A program made the position numbers and the translations under genes. The notes below the pieces were generated by a model. That model was not told the origin of the DNA, did no database searches, and saw only the letters and a list, made by a program, of their open reading frames with translations. Shown one piece after another: positions 24,001-30,000 of a DNA stretch of 46,064 bases (the first letter of the stretch is position 1; each line of letters starts with the position of its first letter). The stretch is from Candidatus Shapirobacteria bacterium (GTDB taxonomy: Bacteria; Patescibacteriota; Microgenomatia; UBA12405): positions 1-46,064 of the forward strand of contig CAIKAI010000044.1 in NCBI GenBank assembly GCA_903825325.1. The letters are read 5' to 3'.

Positions 24001-27000
24001 AGCTCTAGCCTCCGCTCGTCCTCGAGCTGCTTGCATCTCTGCATCAAACGCTCTGCCATCCATCCCATTTTTTAAAGCAAAAACTTCATCCATCACTTCG
24101 GTAGTTAGTCTCTGGTATTCATCCCGACTAATAACATCTTTCGGAATCAAACGCGCCACCGCCTCTAAAGCATTTGCCACTCCGGTTACGCTTCGAGGTT
24201 CAATTAAAGGTGGGGCATTACCAATCTGCACTGCATTTTTCATATCCCCATAACCTTTTGTTATCAGGTCTGGAGTTGCATCCAAAATAATTACTTGACC
24301 TTCAGACTTCGATAAAAATAATTGCAAACCATTTGTTTGATTTGACTGGTCATAAAATTTGACACTCGCCAAATCTAGTACCGGGGCCTCTTTTCCTGCC
24401 CCCATGGCCGCATTGTACATCGCTTTCCCCGTTTCCTCCGCCGCTAAAATCTCCAATATTGATGACTTGGTTTGACCAGTTGTCGACCCTTTGTTTAATA
24501 TATGGCTCGAACCATCTGCCGCATAACCGTAATCAACCGTCGGCACTTCCGCCAATTGACCCAGCTCCGTATTTACCACATTTAATCTGGTTACCAAATC
24601 GCCACCGCCCAAGCGGTCTAGTATATCGGGGCGTAATAATATTTCTCTAAAATCAACATCACTTAAGTTTCTTAACGTTTCTTTTAGTGGTGAATTGCTA
24701 CTCTCGACCGTTTCCCGATATATCCTGGTAATGGTTGCTTCGTCCATTGGCAGCTTTGTTTTTGGATCGAACACATCAACAAAACTACTCTTACCATCTT
24801 TCAAATTTTGCATCACCTTATTCCGTAAATCCGTTATTGCCTTTTGTTGCAAAACCTCGCCTCTCAATGCCTGAATCTCGTCATATGTCATTCTTAAAGT
24901 GGTATCTGCCGCCGTCATTGTCAACAAATATTTAGCTTCGCCAATGTTTGTCCGATAATTCTTCCCCGCCTGGATATATTTGCTACCTTCATCGGCAATT
25001 ACCGTGGCCTTATCAAATATGTCTGCCAACAATTTTCCGTTATCCCCCCCGGCTTGAATTCCAAAATGCAGATCCGAGTCGGAAATCATTACTGACACTT
25101 TTCCTTTTTGTAACAGCACCTTAAATTCTTCCGTCGTCATTTCAACTGGAGTCACCTTGCCGTCAATCAACACTAATTTTCTCCAACCAATATCTTTATC
25201 AAAAAACACCCTGTCTATCCCCGCATCGGCATACATTGTATGAAAAGACTCATCAACCGCCCCATTTCGGAAGTTAACGTCAGCAAATATTTGCATCACC
25301 GGCTTACCCACATCGGCGTACAACAAAGTCATCGCTTGGCTGGCCACCAAACTTTTTCCGTAGCCGGTTTGTGCCGACAATACTACCACCGGATTATTGC
25401 TCGACGCCACCCCCACAAAATCGGCCAATTGTAGTTCTGTAAAAGCAAAGTTTGATCCCTTATAAGTCTTACCAAACGTTTCTACCCTGGCCACCACCCG
25501 ATTTAATTCATCAATCGCAGTTTTATAATCAGCCAATTGCTTCGGGTCAGTTACCACTTTTTCATTTACTCTCAATTGATTACTCCCCGGCTCTCTCACA
25601 AAAAGACTGCCACTTTCCGCCATCCCCACCAATGGTTTACCTGTGTCCTTAGCCGCTTTAGTCGCCTCCGCCAAAATCGCTTTTGAAGTATCCGACACGA
25701 CCACATTCGCCTCCGAAAATTTTGGCAACAAATTTGTGGTTGTATTCGATGAAAATAGGCTCTGAATTGCCTCACCAATTCTCCCCAATATGCCTTTCGG
25801 TGCCGCTGCTTCTGCCTCAGCTAAGTTTTTCAAAGCTAAATCATTTGCTGCTTTGGCCTCGTTCACCACATGCTTGGCTGCGTCTACTTCGCTCCCGGTA
25901 GCGTTTTTCAAGGCAGTTTCTGCTTTGGCCAAATCAGCGGCAGTTTTTGCCGCATAAGAATTAGCCGCATCAGCAATTTTTTGGGCTTGTTTTGCGGCTT
26001 CACCCGGGTTAAAAATATTGATGATGGCATCAACAATTTTTAGATTTTTTGGTAATGCTGCATTTGCCTCTGCCAGCGATTTATTAGCCGCATCATAAGA
26101 CATCTTGGCATCATTCACAGCTTTATTCGCCGCCGCCAGATCTTTTACCTCAATCGTTTCTCCGGCGGCTTGTCTGTCTTGTAATTCTGTCAAATTTTTC
26201 ATCGCCTCATTTAGGGTGGTCCGAGCATCATTCGCCTCAGCTGTGGCCACTGCAATTACTCTTTGAACCATGCTTCCCGACGAACTGGCTGGGACCACTA
26301 CATTGGCAATTCCTTCTGCAATTCGGCTCAGTAATCCTGGTGGTGTGGCTAATGCTTTGGCCGCGGCTAAGGTTTTATTAGCTTGAGCCACTAAGTCTTT
26401 CGCCAATGAAACCTCGCTCTCGGCATTAAATAGTTCGACCTTGGTCGACACCTTCAGGGTTCCGTTAGCTTTGTCAGTCTCAATCCTAGCATTGACCTCT
26501 GCTAGCTTTTCCTCAGCCTGCTTTAAATTAGATTCTGCACTGGCTTTGGCTGCTTCAGCCGAAACTACCACCTTGGTCGCCCGCGAGGTCACCGATTTAT
26601 CCGGATTAAATATATTTGACACTGCCTCCCCTAACCGTGCCGGCAAACTTTTTGCCAACAACGTTTCTGCCTGTTTTACCCCAATTTGTGCCTTCTCATT
26701 TGCTGTCATAGCTTTGTCCACTGCCTCCAAAGCCGACTTGATCTCCGCTGGTTTAACCGTTTCGCCGTTTTTCTGTTTGACGAGCAGATCATCTAAAGTC
26801 TTTTGGCTACTATCCAAGTTCGTTTTTGCTTCTTCCGCCTTTGCCTTGTTTAAATCGACAATTTTCTGCGCTTCCACCGCTACCGGATCCTTGGGTACAA
26901 TATTGGCGATATTCTTCCCTACCTGAGCCACAAATGCTTCAGCCACCTGTTGTACTGCATTTTTTGTCACCGGGACTACTGGTGCTTTTGCTGTTTCCGC

Positions 27001-30000
27001 CGCTGGTTTAGCACTCTTGGCTTTGGCTAATTCGGCGTCCAAAGCCGCCTTCGCCTCCACTTGTTTTTGATTAGCCAAATCTAGCTTGGCCTGAGCATCC
27101 ACTAATCCTTGGCTAACCGATTCCGGTACCTCGCCTTGAATTCTACTTGCTACTTCCGCCGAGGCCTTATATCTGTCTAAATTTTCCTGAGCCTGGACCA
27201 ATTCCGTTTTAGCCGTCTCCACCGCCGCTTGTTTTTGGTTCAAACTGGCTTCCGCCGTTGCCTTAGCACCTTCCACTGCCAAACTCGGAGCAATTTTCCC
27301 TAACTCGGCATTGGCCGCCGCCATTGCTCTTTGGTTAGTTTCTGCCAACTTCTGAGCGCCATTATATTCTGTCTGAGCCGCAGTCAAGATTTTTTTATCG
27401 GGATTTAATTTATTTGTCGCGCTTTCAAGCTTTAACTGCGATTCTACTAACTTCGTTAATCCAGCCTGATAATCAGCCGCCGCCTTGGCTGCCTGATTGG
27501 CCGCCTCCAAAGCTGTGTTAACTTCGGGCAACTTTGCTTTATCGGCCGGATCAGTCGAACTAGCTAATTTATCCGATAATGCCTGTAAATCAGTTTGCAA
27601 CTTAACCGCCTTCTCTAAAGCCGTTTTGGCTTGACTAGTGGTTGTTTCCACCAATTTTGTATTTAGGTCGGCCACCTTTTGATTCGCCGCTTCAGCCTTA
27701 GCTTTCGCTTGCTCTAGTGCTACACTGTCTTGCTTACTTTCGGCCAATTTGACCTCTAACGCCGCTTTTTCTGCTGCCGCTGCCGCCCCAGCCCTTTGCG
27801 ATGCTTGATATCCAGGGTCAGCAGTTAGCCTGTCCAATTGGCTTTGAGCGGCTTTTAATCCCTCTTCAGCTGACCTGACCGCCACCGAAGCTTCCAATAC
27901 CGCCTTTGGATCTCCCTGCAATTTCAAGCTGTCCAATTTACTTTGAGCCTCATCATAAGCCTTTTTCGATTGATTAACCGCGGCCGTAGCTTCAACCACC
28001 GGCGAAAGATTACTTAACTTTTGCGATGCTGCTGTATGCGCCTCCATTGCCTTACTCAAAGATTCCTGAGCTGCAGTTAATTTTGCCTGCTGTTCGGCAG
28101 TTACAGTTGATCCTTCTGTTACGAATTTGCTTACTTCACCAAACCTTTGGGCTGCAATATTTAAGTTTGCTGATGCACTTTCCAGCGATAATATCGCTGA
28201 AGTTTCTGTAATCGCCGCTTTAGCTTCGGCCACACTTTTAACCACTTCCCCGTTCGCCGCCAACCCAGTTAATCCCATGACACACATTGATTGCGAATCA
28301 ACATCCTGACTTAAGCCTTTCGAAATCGCTCCCGAGCAAGCGCTAATCACAAATAAATCCGCACCCGCCGCACTAACGATTGCTGATCCTGCCGAGCCAA
28401 CTTTAGCCGCAGTGTCTAATACCGCCATCGCCCCCGCCATGTCCGTTCCAGTATGACTCGCCAACGAATCAATTACTGCCGTCGCCCCCTTCGCCGCCAA
28501 TCCTCCCACCATTCCCCCGAGATGAAGCATTTGACCTGCCGCCATTGCCCCCGTCGAAGCACATTCTAGCTGAGAAGCATTTGGATTTGAACAGGTATCC
28601 ACTGCCATTTTTCCAAAAATTATTGACCCATTTATTGAATTAGCCACCTGAATCCCGGTTGCTACTGCCCTCGCACCATTAGCTAATGTTGCCGCCAACT
28701 CAGCACCCTGTGAGGCATACGCCACTAAATCTCCGGTTTCACTCACTATTTCTCCCGCTTTTGCAATCGTACTCAAGACTCCAGCTGCTTGACCCAAAGC
28801 GCCAGCCACCGCTCCCGTCCCCATCATAGCTGAAATAACTACCGTAGTGGTACAAGATTCCTGAGTAATTCCGGCCGTACCCACCCGACTACAAGTGTCA
28901 ATCGAGTTACTAATCATTGATGGTAAAAATAGTGCTCCTGAATATGTTAACCATAAAGATGCCACCACCGGAGTTGCCGCTCCGCCCGTACCAATAATTG
29001 CTGCCACCGAACCAACTGCTGCCGCTGCTGTCAACACTGGAGTAGCGATATCCCCTGCCACGCCCGCATAACCTTGAGTTAACAGACTAAGATTATATGA
29101 ATTTACTCCCGACATCGCCATATCACTTTGCGCCGTGGAAATTTTTTCCGACTCCCGATAGAACCGACCATTCGTATAATCATTAAAATTGATCCTCACA
29201 TATGTTCCCAAATCTTGCTTTCGGGTATCAAGCATTTGTCCTTCCTTTTCCCAAGTTGTTTTTCCCGCCGCAATGTCGGCCACCACTTGGTCATATCGAC
29301 CCTCATTAGTTACCGTTCGAATAATCGGCGCCTCAGCCTGAAACTTGGTTTTTTCTGCCATCAAATCAATCGCTTTTACATTCGGATTGCTCGACAATTT
29401 GATGATTGAGGCCATAGCGCTAATTTCAGTACTACAATTTTTTCCACCAAGTTGGGTGCATCTTTCCATTGTTAAAAACTCATCCTCTGAATGAAATACT
29501 GTCGCTTTTGCATTCAATGAGTTAGGTGTCAACGGATTCTTTGAGAAAGCATTCATATTTGTACTAATCGCAAACTGAGTGCATGACGTCAGGTTACTTT
29601 CACCCGCCGAAGATGAATTTTTTTTGCTTAAACAATCTTTGACGTTTTGGTCAAACATGGCTTGATCAATTGCTTTGGTCTGAGCTGATATACCCACCGT
29701 CGCCATATCATGCACGGCAATGTTCGCCTGTCTTTCAATTGACAACTTCGGGATTTCCGTGTTCGGATCAAAACCAGCCGCCACCAGCAAATCTTCTGGC
29801 TTGGCAAAAGAGGCGCATAAACTCGGTTTATCAGCACACACTTTTTCATTAACCAAATCAGTGTTTCCATTTAGATAGTTATTTTGCAACACCGCCTTGA
29901 TATAGTAATCAATTACCGGGACATCTTTGTACAATGGCAAATATTTTTGCACCAATACTGCATCGGATAAACTTGAACATTTATCCGCTCCCATATCCTT

